From Paracoccaceae bacterium (GTDB lineage Bacteria > Pseudomonadota > Alphaproteobacteria > Rhodobacterales > Rhodobacteraceae), in contig SKRW01000003.1 in assembly GCA_007118295.1 (NCBI GenBank), forward strand, positions 1 to 43,950: DNA of 43,950 nt, written 5' to 3'. The notes under the pieces were generated by a model, which did not search any database, was not told the DNA's origin, and saw only the letters and a program-made list of their open reading frames with translations. Shown one piece after another: positions 31,129 to 40,860 of the stretch. The translations under genes were made by a program, and so were the position numbers. Positions within the stretch are counted from its first letter, which is position 1. Every line of letters starts with the position of its first letter.

Positions 31129-32148
31129 ATGCCCGCACGCCGCAAACCGACTCTGACTGATGTGGCCAGAGAATCCGGTAGCTCGATTGCGACCGTATCC
31201 CGCGCGATGTCGCAACCGGGCCTTGTTCAACCTGACACGCTGGAACGTATCCGTCAGGTCGCGGCACGGCTGGGATATGTGCCCAACCGCCGCGCGCGCG
31301 CGCTGGCGTCGGGGCAGTCCGACACGATCGGCGTCGTGGTGCCGACGCTCAATTCGCCGATCTTCTCATCTGCGCTTCAGGATATGCAACGTGGGTTTTC
31401 GGCCAATGGCTATCAGTTGCTGATCGCATCGCATGAATACGACACGGCCAACGAGGCCGCCGCACTGGCACAACTTGTGTCTCACGGGGTTGATGGGCTG
31501 GTGGTTGTGGGCGCAAAGCGCCCACAATCCACCTGGGCACTGCTAGAGGATGCAGGCATCCCTCTGGTGCAGATGTGGGAAGGCCGCGCGGGCCATGATT
31601 GCGTGACCGTGGACAGTTACCGCGCAGGCTATCTTGTCACACGCTACCTGCTGGATATCGGCCATACACGAATCGGGGTCATCTGCGGGCATCTGCTGAA
31701 CAATGACCGCCAGACCGCGCGGGTCGAGGGTATCCGTGCCGCTCTGGACGAAGATGAACTGCCGTTGGCACGGACCCAGGTCAGTGAACAGCCCCTGACC
31801 ATCGCTGCAGGACGGTCAGGCTGCATGACCCTGCTGGAAATGGTGCCGCGTCCCACTGCAATTGTGGGCACTGCGGATTTGCTGGCCATTGGTGCCATGT
31901 TCGAGGCGCAGGGGCGCGGCATTGGCGTGCCCGACGCCTTGTCCATCGCCGGAATCGACAATGTCGATGTCGCGGCACATCTGTCACCGTCGCTGACAAC
32001 GGTGGATATCCCCGCCGCCAATATCGGGGCAGAAGCAGCGGCCCTTATGCTGCGCCGCCTACGCGAGGGGCGTGAACCGCCCGGAACCTGTATTTCACTA
32101 CCGGTCAATCTGGTGGTGCGGCATTCGACCGCGCGACCTAAGCCATAG
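31129..32148 (+). CDS. LacI family transcriptional regulator (HpsR-like by context)
   Basis: HTH TLTDVARESGSSIATVSRA, LGYVPN and PSLTTVD. Confidence 0.92.
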   Translation: MPARRKPTLTDVARESGSSIATVSRAMSQPGLVQPDTLERIRQVAARLGYVPNRRARALASGQSDTIGVVVPTLNSPIFSSALQDMQRGFSANGYQLLIASHEYDTANEAAALAQLVSHGVDGLVVVGAKRPQSTWALLEDAGIPLVQMWEGRAGHDCVTVDSYRAGYLVTRYLLDIGHTRIGVICGHLLNNDRQTARVEGIRAALDEDELPLARTQVSEQPLTIAAGRSGCMTLLEMVPRPTAIVGTADLLAIGAMFEAQGRGIGVPDALSIAGIDNVDVAAHLSPSLTTVDIPAANIGAEAAALMLRRLREGREPPGTCISLPVNLVVRHSTARPKP

Positions 32149-32178
32149 ACCGGAGCCTCTCGGGCATTTGTTTGCCCT

Positions 32179-33003
32179 TCAGAACACAGCCGTCAGCATA
32201 CGCAAAGCGGTCAGCAACAGGAACACGGCAAAGGCGCGCTTGATCCAGACAGGCTCCAGCGCATGGGCCAGTCGCGTGCCCAAAGGCGCAAACAGGATCG
32301 AAAGCGGCAGAATCAACGCCACAGCAACCAGATTGATATACCCCACGGACATCGGAGGCCTGCCCGCAACCCCCAGACCTGTGACCAGCATGGCCAGCGC
32401 CCCCGGCACCCCGATAACCAGACCCAGTGCCGCTGCAGTGCCCACGGCACGATGCACCGGCACGGAGAACGCCGTCATCAGGGGCACACCCAATGTCCCC
32501 GAACCGATCCCCATCATCGACGACACAACCCCCACGACACCGGCCATTGCAGGCTGTGCACCTGTCGCCTGTGGCAAAGCTTCTGCCAGAATACGCGTGC
32601 GCGGGCTGGCCATGTTCCAGGCGACCAAAAGCGCGATCGTGCCAAAGACGATCATCAACACATCACCCTTGACCACGCCTGCGACAGTCCCGCCGAACAG
32701 GGCCCCAACAGCCATAAAGGGTGCCCATCTGCGTACGATCTGCATATCGACCGACCCGCGCTTGTAATGCGCCCGTGCCGCGCTGAAGGCCGTGATTGCC
32801 ACTGTGACCAAGGATGTTCCAACCGCGACCTGCATCCCCAAATCCGCCGGGTAGCCCAGGGCCTTGAACACCCAGAACAGCACTGGCACCACGACAATGC
32901 CACCGCCCACACCCAACAGGCCCGACAGGATCCCCGCAATCGCGCCGGTCGCCGCGAGTGCCAGCACCAGCGGGATGATTACTGACACAGCAAGTTCAGA
33001 CAT
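32179..33003 (-). CDS. Sulfite exporter TauE/SafE family protein
   Basis: GLLGVGGGIVVVP, AVGTS, MGIGSG and AVGTAA repeats; AGGA RBS before ATG 33003. Confidence 0.88.
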   Translation of the reverse strand: MSELAVSVIIPLVLALAATGAIAGILSGLLGVGGGIVVVPVLFWVFKALGYPADLGMQVAVGTSLVTVAITAFSAARAHYKRGSVDMQIVRRWAPFMAVGALFGGTVAGVVKGDVLMIVFGTIALLVAWNMASPRTRILAEALPQATGAQPAMAGVVGVVSSMMGIGSGTLGVPLMTAFSVPVHRAVGTAAALGLVIGVPGALAMLVTGLGVAGRPPMSVGYINLVAVALILPLSILFAPLGTRLAHALEPVWIKRAFAVFLLLTALRMLTAVF

Positions 33004-33281
33004 TCGTTTCCTTCCTGAAGGGCGCGCGCCAGTCAAAGACCACCGCGATTCTGGTGCGCGGCCTTTTGTATCTGCCGGACAAGTGCCCTGACGTCCAGAC
33101 GGTCTGTGACGTTCGGCGCGCTGCGACCCCGGCCAGAACATGAACTGCCCCCGATTTTGCCGCTGGGGTTGGTCACATCGTCACAGTTGGCGCAACGCGC
33201 GGTGCGGCCAGCGCAAGTTTACCTCTCCATGAGAAAACCGCTGCAAATCGAACTCGACCGATACAGAAAAGGACTTCGCTC

Positions 33282-33548
33282 ATGACCAATCCCTTCATGA
33301 ACCGTGCTGGTTCCCTTCAGGGTCCCGCGACTGACATCCAGCCCGTGACCCCGGATGATGCGACAGACCTGCAAACTGTCGCAATCGCGCTCTATGTCGA
33401 GACAGGCGGTACCTTGTCGATCGTGACGGCATCGGGCAACACGCGTCAGGTAGAGTTGCCCGATTTCTCGATCCTGCCGGTGGGTGTCCGCAAGGTCAGT
33501 CAGACCGGGACAACAGCAATCGGCATTCACGCACTGGTGCTTGCATGA
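33282..33548 (+). CDS. Gene transfer agent head-spike base protein, Rcc01079/GhsA-like
   Basis: 88 aa with pattern NPF..SL.GPA....VTPDD..DL....ALYVETGG.L...LPVGVR.V..TGTTA.GI.AL, recognised as the RcGTA spike-base family. Confidence 0.75.
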   Translation: MTNPFMNRAGSLQGPATDIQPVTPDDATDLQTVAIALYVETGGTLSIVTASGNTRQVELPDFSILPVGVRKVSQTGTTAIGIHALVLA

Positions 33549-34351
33549 GAATTGTCACGGATTTCAGTGTCACGTCGCGCCCGTTACGCGTGGGCGCGGG
33601 TACAGGGTTCGTGCCTGATTCCATATTTTCCGCTGACGACGTCGGGGCCTGGTTTGACCCGTCAGACACATCGACCCTGTTCGCTGACACAGAGGGTACC
33701 CTGCCCGCCCAGACCGGGCACCCGGTCGCGCTGATGCTGGACAAGTCTGGCAACGGCAACCATGCAGCGCAGCCAACATTCGCTTCCCGTCCGATGCTGC
33801 GACAAGACGCTCAAGGCAGGTTCTGTCTGGAATTCAATGGCATCAATCAGCGGATGCGGACGCCACAGATCAATGCAATCGGCACGAACAAGCTTCAGGC
33901 ATTTCTGGGTGCCTGCAAGCTGACGAATTCCGTGGGGTATCCGCTGAATGTGAATGACACCGATGATCCGGGCTGGTCGTTGCGATTGCCGCGCGTGTCA
34001 ACAGGCTCGGGAATCGACCGGTTCGCCATGCGTCTGAACGATGTGCTATCGGCCGAACACAACGGAAATCCGGCACCATTTTCAGGCGTCTATACCGGGC
34101 TTGGCGATGGTGATGGCAGTCCGAAGGCGGTCTTGCGCATCAATGGTGTGCAACGCGCGACCGCCGGGGGCAGCACCAGCGGAAATTTCGGCAATGACCG
34201 GCTGTTCATCGGCAGCCGAAGCACCAGTGCAACCCATTTCGAGGGGTATATCTACGGCGTGCTCGTGCGGTATGGCCCGCCTCTACCAATGGATACGATT
34301 GCCAAAGTCGAACGCTACATTGCCAAGCGCACCGGAGTCGCCCTGCCATGA
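33545..34351 (+). CDS. GTA/phage head-spike fiber-like protein, Rcc01080/GhsB-like
   Basis: GAWFDPSDTSTLF..PVALMLDKSGNGNHAAQ..SRP N-domain and lectin/LamG-like C-terminus; ATGA overlap with the spike base. Confidence 0.65.
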   Translation: MRIVTDFSVTSRPLRVGAGTGFVPDSIFSADDVGAWFDPSDTSTLFADTEGTLPAQTGHPVALMLDKSGNGNHAAQPTFASRPMLRQDAQGRFCLEFNGINQRMRTPQINAIGTNKLQAFLGACKLTNSVGYPLNVNDTDDPGWSLRLPRVSTGSGIDRFAMRLNDVLSAEHNGNPAPFSGVYTGLGDGDGSPKAVLRINGVQRATAGGSTSGNFGNDRLFIGSRSTSATHFEGYIYGVLVRYGPPLPMDTIAKVERYIAKRTGVALP

Positions 34352-34752
34352 CAGACATATCCATCGCCTGCCCGATCGACATGATCAGTGACGCCAACCA
34401 GCTCGCGGCAACGCTTGCCTTCTCGGTTGATGACCTGCACACCTTCGCAACCGCAGAATGGCAGGATGATGACGCCCGGCTCTATGCTGTGGCCAGCTTC
34501 CATGCAGGCCCGGACTGGATACGCGCAGCACAAGCGCAGTTATCCCGGCCCGACTGGGACAACGTTTTCCCATATCATGTAAATATGGCAGGTGCGCGCC
34601 GTGCACAGGACGCACTCGTGCTATGGGACGCGACACAGGGCACAACCGCACCGCAGGCAAATATGGGGGAACTGACGGCTCTCATTGGTGTTGCGCCGCA
34701 TGCAGCATTGATCGCAATGGGCCTGTTTGCCAAGCCTGCAGAAGATGACTGA
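34348..34752 (+). CDS. Hypothetical protein coupled to the spike genes
   Basis: 134 aa; ATGA overlap with the upstream fiber gene. Confidence 0.6.
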   Translation: MTDISIACPIDMISDANQLAATLAFSVDDLHTFATAEWQDDDARLYAVASFHAGPDWIRAAQAQLSRPDWDNVFPYHVNMAGARRAQDALVLWDATQGTTAPQANMGELTALIGVAPHAALIAMGLFAKPAEDD

Positions 34753-34767
34753 CGCAGGCTCGCGGTA

Positions 34768-35136
34768 TCAGGTGGCGCAGCGGATGAAGCAGCGGCGCAG
34801 CACATATGCAAATCCACCTGCCGTCATGGCACCGAGGCCATTGGCAACCGCATCTGCGAAATTGGCCGACCTTCCGAACCATGGCTGGATCAGTTCGATC
34901 AATCCGCCATAGGCCGCGACACTCGCAACGATCCACAACAGATATTGCGGTTGCGCAAAAGAGATCGGAAAGGCGATCGCGCCAAAAGCAAGGAAATGGT
35001 GCAGCTTATCACCGCCCGGTGCTCGCGGCAGGTGCTTGGATGGGGTCAGGGTAAGAACCGCAACGACGGCAGCGATAACCAATGTGATCGCGAGAGCAAC
35101 ACGCATCTTCAGGGCGAAGCGAAAGACTGTGTTCAT
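34768..35136 (-). CDS. VanZ family membrane protein
   Basis: DKLHHFLAF, YGGLIELIQPWFGRS and DAVANGLG; start uncertain (35106-35166). Confidence 0.82.
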   Translation of the reverse strand: MNTVFRFALKMRVALAITLVIAAVVAVLTLTPSKHLPRAPGGDKLHHFLAFGAIAFPISFAQPQYLLWIVASVAAYGGLIELIQPWFGRSANFADAVANGLGAMTAGGFAYVLRRCFIRCAT

Positions 35137-35152
35137 ATATGCGCGGCCCGCT

Positions 35153-35392
35153 TCAATATCTGGCACTCTTGTCCACAGGGGTCAGCATCGCTGACCTGTC
35201 TTGCCAGTGCAAGGCGTTCTTGATGAAAGTTTCCAGGGCGCGGTCCAGATAATGCGGCGATGTGCCAGACACGTGCGGGGTCAGCAGCACGTCCGGGCGG
35301 TTCCAGAGCCGCGAGGTTTCGGGCAACGGCTGGGTTTCGAACACATCCAAAGCCGCGCCGCGCAGATGGCCGCTGTCCAGCAGATCGACCAT
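35153..35392 (-). pseudogene. C-terminal fragment of a D-2-hydroxyacid dehydrogenase
   Basis: GHLRGAALDVFETQPLP..LLTPHVSG..VDKSARY is only the last ~80 aa of a family of ~320-aa proteins; an in-frame stop lies just upstream and no NAD-binding domain is visible. Confidence 0.75.
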
Positions 35393-35730
35393 CGCGTTAT
35401 TCGTTTAGGCAGGCCTTCGGCGAAACTAGACCTTGAGCTCCTGTTTGACGCGCATTTCATCAAATCCATGCTCGCAATACGAGTTTCCGGTCGGGCAGCG
35501 CGGGATCCGGGGCTGCTCACCGGCCAAACTTCTGGAACGGTCTCAGGCAATGCTGATCATCCTCGCTGTCCCTGACGCACAGTTGTCAGCGAAGCAGACT
35601 CTGCCGAAGTGCAGCACATCATCACAGGAACGATGACGCAATCGCCCCATACGCTTTTCAAACTGTATTGTTATGTGTCAATGAAGCGGGAAGCGCCTCT
35701 TGGTCCGCCGCAATGGAGAAAGCCAGACCC

Positions 35731-36738
35731 ATGACACGCATTGCCCTCAATGGCCTTGGCCGCATCGGAAAGCTTGTGCTGCGCGATCTGATCGACGCAG
35801 GCGCAGGTGGCGAAATTGTGCTCGTGAATGACCCGGTCGGCGATGCTGCTCAACAGGCATTGTTGATGGAATTTGACAGCGTGCATGGTCGCTGGGCCAC
35901 TCCGGTCAGCCATGACGAGACCTCGCTGACGCTTGGCGACCAGCGCATCCGCCTGACCCACAACGCCCGGATCGAGGATTTGCCGCTGGCGGAACTGGGT
36001 GTCGATCTGGTGGTTGATTGCACCGGGGCTTTCAAGTCCGAGGCAAAGCTTGCGCCCTATTTCGCGGCCGGCGTCAAGAAAGTGGCCGTTTCAGCCCCGG
36101 TCAAGGAGGGCGGCGCGCTGAACCTTGTCTATGGGGTGAATCATCATCTTTATGACGGCAGCCAACGGATCATTACCGCCGCAAGTTGCACCACCAACTG
36201 CCTCGCGCCAGTGGTCAAGGTCATCCACGAAGCCATCGGCATCCGCCACGGCTCGATCACCACGATCCATGACGTGACCAATACCCAGACCATCGTCGAC
36301 CGCCCCGCAAAGGACATGCGCCGCGCGCGCTCAGGCCTCACCAACCTGATCCCGACCACCACCGGCAGCGCGACTGCAATCACGCTGATCTATCCTGAAC
36401 TCAAGGGTCGCCTGAACGGCCACGCTGTGCGCGTGCCGCTGCTGAATGCGTCGCTCACCGATTGCGTGTTCGAACTGGACCGGGCCACCACCCCCCAAGA
36501 GGTGAACGCGCTGTTCAAGGCCGCCGCCGATGGGCCGCTCAAGGGCATCCTCGGCTTTGAATCCCGCCCACTGGTGTCTTCCGACTACCTCAACGATCCG
36601 CGCTCCAGCATCATTGACGGCCCCTCCACCATGGTAATCAATGGCACGCAACTGAAAGTCTATGCCTGGTATGACAATGAATGGGGCTATGCCTGCCGTC
36701 TGGGCGACATCACCCGGATGATCGCCCAAAGTCTCTGA
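35731..36738 (+). CDS. ArsJ-associated glyceraldehyde-3-phosphate dehydrogenase
   Basis: [26 protein letters not shown] and WYDNEWGY; directly upstream of arsJ; GGAG RBS before ATG 35731. Confidence 0.92.
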   Translation: MTRIALNGLGRIGKLVLRDLIDAGAGGEIVLVNDPVGDAAQQALLMEFDSVHGRWATPVSHDETSLTLGDQRIRLTHNARIEDLPLAELGVDLVVDCTGAFKSEAKLAPYFAAGVKKVAVSAPVKEGGALNLVYGVNHHLYDGSQRIITAASCTTNCLAPVVKVIHEAIGIRHGSITTIHDVTNTQTIVDRPAKDMRRARSGLTNLIPTTTGSATAITLIYPELKGRLNGHAVRVPLLNASLTDCVFELDRATTPQEVNALFKAAADGPLKGILGFESRPLVSSDYLNDPRSSIIDGPSTMVINGTQLKVYAWYDNEWGYACRLGDITRMIAQSL

Positions 36739-36739
36739 T

Positions 36740-36813
36740 GTCATCTTTGCCCAAATATCCTCGGGGGGTGAATGGCCCGTTACAGGCCAGAGGGGGCAGA
36801 CAGCCCCCCTTTT
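36740..36813. repeat. Intergenic structured element (hairpin, possible dispersed repeat)
   Basis: TCTTTGCCCAAATATCCTCGGGGGG..GGGGGC-AGACA-GCCCCC-CTTTT between gapdh and arsJ. Confidence 0.4.
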
Positions 36814-36842
36814 CGCCCCCACCACAAGAGAGCCATCAGACC

Positions 36843-38090
36843 ATGAGCACCACCAACCCCTTGCGCGCCTATATTGCCGTAACGGCGGCTTACTGGGCCT
36901 TCATGCTGTCGGACGGTGCGCTGCGCATGCTGGTGCTGTTGCACTTCAACGCACTGGGGTTCTCGCCCATCCAGCTTGCGTATTTGTTCCTGCTCTATGA
37001 GATTGCGGGCATCATCACCAATCTGACTGCGGGGTGGCTGGCCGCGCGCTTTGGACTGGCAGCTACGCTGTATGCCGGGCTTGCGCTGCAGATCGCAGCG
37101 CTGGCGGCGCTGGCTCAGCTTGACCCGAACTGGACCATCGCAGCATCGGTCGTGTTCGTGATGGCAGTGCAGGGTGCGTCTGGTGTGGCCAAGGATCTGG
37201 CCAAGATGTCATCGAAATCGGCTGTCAAGTTGCTGGCCCCGGCGCAGGAGGGTGCGCTGTTTCGCTGGGTAGCGGCATTGACCGGCTCAAAAAACGCCGT
37301 GAAGGGTGCGGGCTTCTTCCTTGGCGCGGCGCTTCTTGCGCTGACTGGTTTTCAGGGCGCGGTCTGGGGCATGGCCGGGGTGCTTGCGGCAATCCTGCTT
37401 GCCGTGATCCTCTTTCTGCCCGAGGGCCTTCCGGGTCGGATGAAAGGGGCTGACGCTTGGGGCGGCTGGCGGTCGCATGATCCGCGCGTCAACCGTCTGA
37501 GCCTTGCGCGCATGTTCCTGTTTGGTGCGCGCGATGTCTGGTTCGTGGTCGGCATCCCGATCTATTTTCAGGCGGTCCTATCCGACGGCACTACGGAAGG
37601 GCGGCGCGAGGCGTTCTTTCTGGTGGGTGGCTTCATGGCGCTCTGGATCATCCTCTATGGGGCCGTGCAGGCTTTTGCACCCCGCCTGCTGGGGGCCAGG
37701 GGGCAATCAGAGGCGGACATCACGCAAAAGGCCATCTTCTGGTCGGGCGTACTGGTTCCCATCCCTTTTCTGCTCGCCCTTGCTGCCTATCTTGCGGGCG
37801 CACCTGCAGCCTGGCTGACATCAACACTTGTCGCTGGACTTCTGATCTTCGGGTTTGTCTTTGCGATCAACTCCTCGGTACACTCCTATCTGATCCTCGC
37901 CTTCGGTGCATCCGAGCGTATCACCCGCGATGTGGGGTTTTACTACATGGCCAATGCGGCAGGGCGACTGATCGGAACCTTGCTTTCGGGGCTAAGCTTT
38001 CAACTGGGCGGATTGCCACTTTGCCTTGCCACTGCCGGGCTTATGGCACTTGCAAGCTGGCTGGCTGCGCGACGGCTGGCCCCTGCGTAA
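36843..38090 (+). CDS. arsJ: Organoarsenical efflux MFS transporter ArsJ
   Basis: YWAFMLSDGALRMLVLLHF, SGVAKDLAKMSSKSAVK, FLFGARDVWFVV and VGFYYMANAAGRL. Confidence 0.93.
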   Translation: MSTTNPLRAYIAVTAAYWAFMLSDGALRMLVLLHFNALGFSPIQLAYLFLLYEIAGIITNLTAGWLAARFGLAATLYAGLALQIAALAALAQLDPNWTIAASVVFVMAVQGASGVAKDLAKMSSKSAVKLLAPAQEGALFRWVAALTGSKNAVKGAGFFLGAALLALTGFQGAVWGMAGVLAAILLAVILFLPEGLPGRMKGADAWGGWRSHDPRVNRLSLARMFLFGARDVWFVVGIPIYFQAVLSDGTTEGRREAFFLVGGFMALWIILYGAVQAFAPRLLGARGQSEADITQKAIFWSGVLVPIPFLLALAAYLAGAPAAWLTSTLVAGLLIFGFVFAINSSVHSYLILAFGASERITRDVGFYYMANAAGRLIGTLLSGLSFQLGGLPLCLATAGLMALASWLAARRLAPA

Positions 38091-38220
38091 GAACAGCATC
38101 GGCGGCATGAAACACTTGATCAATCGGCGCGATAAGGCGATCTTGCTGCCAAATGACGGGCTCTGCGCGGAACTTTGTGTGTGAACCCCGTCTAAGTACT
38201 CATTCTGGTCGAGGTCCGGC

Positions 38221-39444
38221 ATGTCTGAACAACTGGTTTTTGACAGCCGCTATTCCTGGGCACGGCTGGCGGTGACGCTGGCGATCGCGACCATCGGCAA
38301 TGTGGGCATGTGGTCGGTGATTGTCATCATGCCCGCCGTACAGGCCGAATTCGGCGTCTCACGGGCGGATTCGTCATTACCCTATACACTGACCATGCTG
38401 GGTTTTGGGTTGGGAAATCTGCTGATTGGCCGCGCGGTTGACCGCTTTGGCATTACCCTTGCCCTGATCGGGGCCAGTCTGCTTTCCGGAATAGGGTATC
38501 TGGCTGCAGCGGCCAGCCCATCGATCCTGATTTTATCTGCCGTGCATTTCGTGATCGGCTTGGGTTCTGCCGCGAGTTTCGGGCCACTTATCGCCGATGT
38601 CTCGCACTGGTTCCACCGCAGGCGGGGCATCGCCGTGGCGGTGGCGGCCAGCGGCAATTACCTGTCGGGGGCAATCTGGCCGATGGTCCTGGCAGGCGTG
38701 CTGTCAGATCATGGCTGGCGCGCAGTGTGTCTGGCGCTGGCCGTGATCGTGACGGCCCTGCTGATCCCGCTGGCGCTATTGCTGCGCCGACGGGTTCCGG
38801 AACTGAGCATGACGGCTGCCGCGAATTACTCATTGGCGAACCGTGCGGCCTGCGGCTTATCACCGCGCGCTCTGGCATGGTTGCTGGCGCTGGCAGGGTT
38901 GGGCTGCTGCGTGGCCATGTCCATGCCACAGGTGCATATCGTCGCGCTTTGCGTTGATCGGGGTTTTGGCCCTGCCGTAGGGGCTGAGATGCTGTCCCTC
39001 ATGCTGTTGGGAGGCGTTGTTTCGCGGCTGATCTCGGGGCTGATCGCTGACCGGTTGGGCGGAGTGCTCACCCTGCTGATCGGATCGGTTCTCCAGATGC
39101 TGGCGCTGTTTCTGTATCTGCCAGCAGGGGGTCTGGTCTCGCTCTATGTGGTCAGTCTGGTGTTTGGGCTGGCGCAGGGCGGGATAGTTCCGGCATATGC
39201 GCTGATCGTACGCGAATACATGCCCGCGCGCGAAGCAGGCGAGCGGGTGGGATTTGTGATCATGGCAACGATCCTTGGCATGGCACTTGGCGGCTGGCTG
39301 TCCGGCTGGATTCATGACCTAACCGGATCTTATCAACTGGCATTCCTGAACGGGATCGTCTGGAATGCCCTGAATATCGCGATCATGCTGTTTATCCTGA
39401 CACGCACACTGCGTCCGCGGCGTGATCGCGCTGTTCCGGCCTGA
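38221..39444 (+). CDS. MFS transporter, substrate unknown
   Basis: GRAVDRFG and GLIADRLG motif A repeats; about 12 TM segments. Confidence 0.85.
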   Translation: MSEQLVFDSRYSWARLAVTLAIATIGNVGMWSVIVIMPAVQAEFGVSRADSSLPYTLTMLGFGLGNLLIGRAVDRFGITLALIGASLLSGIGYLAAAASPSILILSAVHFVIGLGSAASFGPLIADVSHWFHRRRGIAVAVAASGNYLSGAIWPMVLAGVLSDHGWRAVCLALAVIVTALLIPLALLLRRRVPELSMTAAANYSLANRAACGLSPRALAWLLALAGLGCCVAMSMPQVHIVALCVDRGFGPAVGAEMLSLMLLGGVVSRLISGLIADRLGGVLTLLIGSVLQMLALFLYLPAGGLVSLYVVSLVFGLAQGGIVPAYALIVREYMPAREAGERVGFVIMATILGMALGGWLSGWIHDLTGSYQLAFLNGIVWNALNIAIMLFILTRTLRPRRDRAVPA

Positions 39445-39738
39445 TGCAGGTCAGCAATTTCGATCGGATCGACAGGAATTCCGAGGTCTGTTGCGACGCC
39501 TTGCACCCCGCGCAGTCAGAACATACTGACGTGCGCAAGAGACCCCGAGAGCACACGGGCGTATGCCCGTGTGCTCTCGCGTCATTACTGCATCAGTTCC
39601 GTCCGGATCTGGGTATGGATATGGGTGCAATCTTGGCATGCAATGGTTGCCGGTTGAAACTTTGCGCGCGATAATAATATTCTGAATGGCAACGCTTTGC
39701 AGCAGGCGCACATGCGCGACCCGAATGGATCAAGTCGA

Positions 39739-40770
39739 ATGTCAGACACAAAAATACGCAACATGGAAGAATTCGCCGCGTTGGTCGGCATTTCGCGCCC
39801 AACCGTCTCGAAGTACTTCCAAGACCCCGAGAGTGTCCGGCCATCGACCCGTCAGCGCATCGAAGTCGCCCTGAAGCGCTGTGATTACAGACCAAATATC
39901 TTCGCGGTCAACCAGAACCGCAAACTGACCAAGATCGTCGGAATTGTGGTGCCTTATCTGGCTGATCCGTTCTTCGCAGAGATCGCACGCCAACTTGAAC
40001 GCCGCTGCATAGATGCGGGGTTTCGCCCGGCGCTCTACAGTGCGCATGGGCAACCGGACCTCGAGATCGATGTTCTTGATGGATTGAGGCTTCTGAAACC
40101 CGCCGGGGTGTTGCTGGCACCGCTTGGCAGAATTTCACACCGCCCAGCGATCAAACAGTTCTGCAACGAAGTTCCGACCGTGCTGTTCGACAGTAACATG
40201 GACGGGATCGGCGAAGCCTTTGTTGGATCAGATAATTTCAGTTTCGTGTCACAGACGGTGGATTACCTGACCCGGACCGGCGAGCCGCCCTGTTTCTTCG
40301 AGATGAAAACTCCGGCCAACCCGAACGCGAACAAGCGGCGGATCGCGTACTACAAGATGATGGAACAACTTGGGTTCGAGCCGAACCTCTACAGCATTGA
40401 GGGAACAGGTTGGGCGTTCGAGGAGATCGGTCGAAAGGGGGCGCTGGATATTCTTGATAAGGGTGGTTTTTCAACAAACACTGTCCTGTGCAGCAATGAC
40501 CGGCTTGGAATCGGGCTTCTGTCAGCTTGCTATGAACGCGGGCTCAGGGTTGGGCGCGATACTGGATGCGATTTGCGGGTGGCATCGCATGATGATCACC
40601 CCTTTTCGCGCTTCACCTGTCCATCGCTGACAACGGCGGCACATGACTACGATGCTGTCGCAAACCATGCTTTCTCGACCTTGACCGACCTGATCGAAGC
40701 AGGCGGCAAGTTCGACCAGAGAGCTGAAATGCTCTTCACCCCGAAGCTCGTCTTGCGCAGTTCCGCGTAA
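39739..40770 (+). CDS. LacI family regulator of the polyol operon
   Basis: HTH MEEFAALVGISRPTVSKYF, DYRPN and PSLTT; start ATG 39739 (ORF track 39697). Confidence 0.88.
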   Translation: MSDTKIRNMEEFAALVGISRPTVSKYFQDPESVRPSTRQRIEVALKRCDYRPNIFAVNQNRKLTKIVGIVVPYLADPFFAEIARQLERRCIDAGFRPALYSAHGQPDLEIDVLDGLRLLKPAGVLLAPLGRISHRPAIKQFCNEVPTVLFDSNMDGIGEAFVGSDNFSFVSQTVDYLTRTGEPPCFFEMKTPANPNANKRRIAYYKMMEQLGFEPNLYSIEGTGWAFEEIGRKGALDILDKGGFSTNTVLCSNDRLGIGLLSACYERGLRVGRDTGCDLRVASHDDHPFSRFTCPSLTTAAHDYDAVANHAFSTLTDLIEAGGKFDQRAEMLFTPKLVLRSSA

Positions 40771-40777
40771 GTTATAG

Positions 40778-40814
40778 TTTACGCGCGAAAATATTTTACT
40801 TGACGCGCGGCAAG
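40778..40814. promoter_or_regulatory. Twin LacI-type operators upstream of smoE
   Basis: TTTACGCGCGAAAA (40778-40791) and CTTGACGCGCGGCAAG (40799-40814); related TTTGCGCGCGATAA at 39661-39674 upstream of the regulator. Confidence 0.6.
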
Positions 40815-40860
40815 TTTTTTCATTACCTTTTCATCTCATCCATATCAGGGAGGAGATGAG

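Noticed and set aside
33282-34752. Prophage or mobile element
   Set aside because: No integrase, terminase, capsid, transposase or att-like repeats seen
35650-35685. Possible Pho box upstream of gapdh-arsJ
   Set aside because: The TGTAT/TGTCA half-sites are 12 bp apart rather than 11 and match poorly
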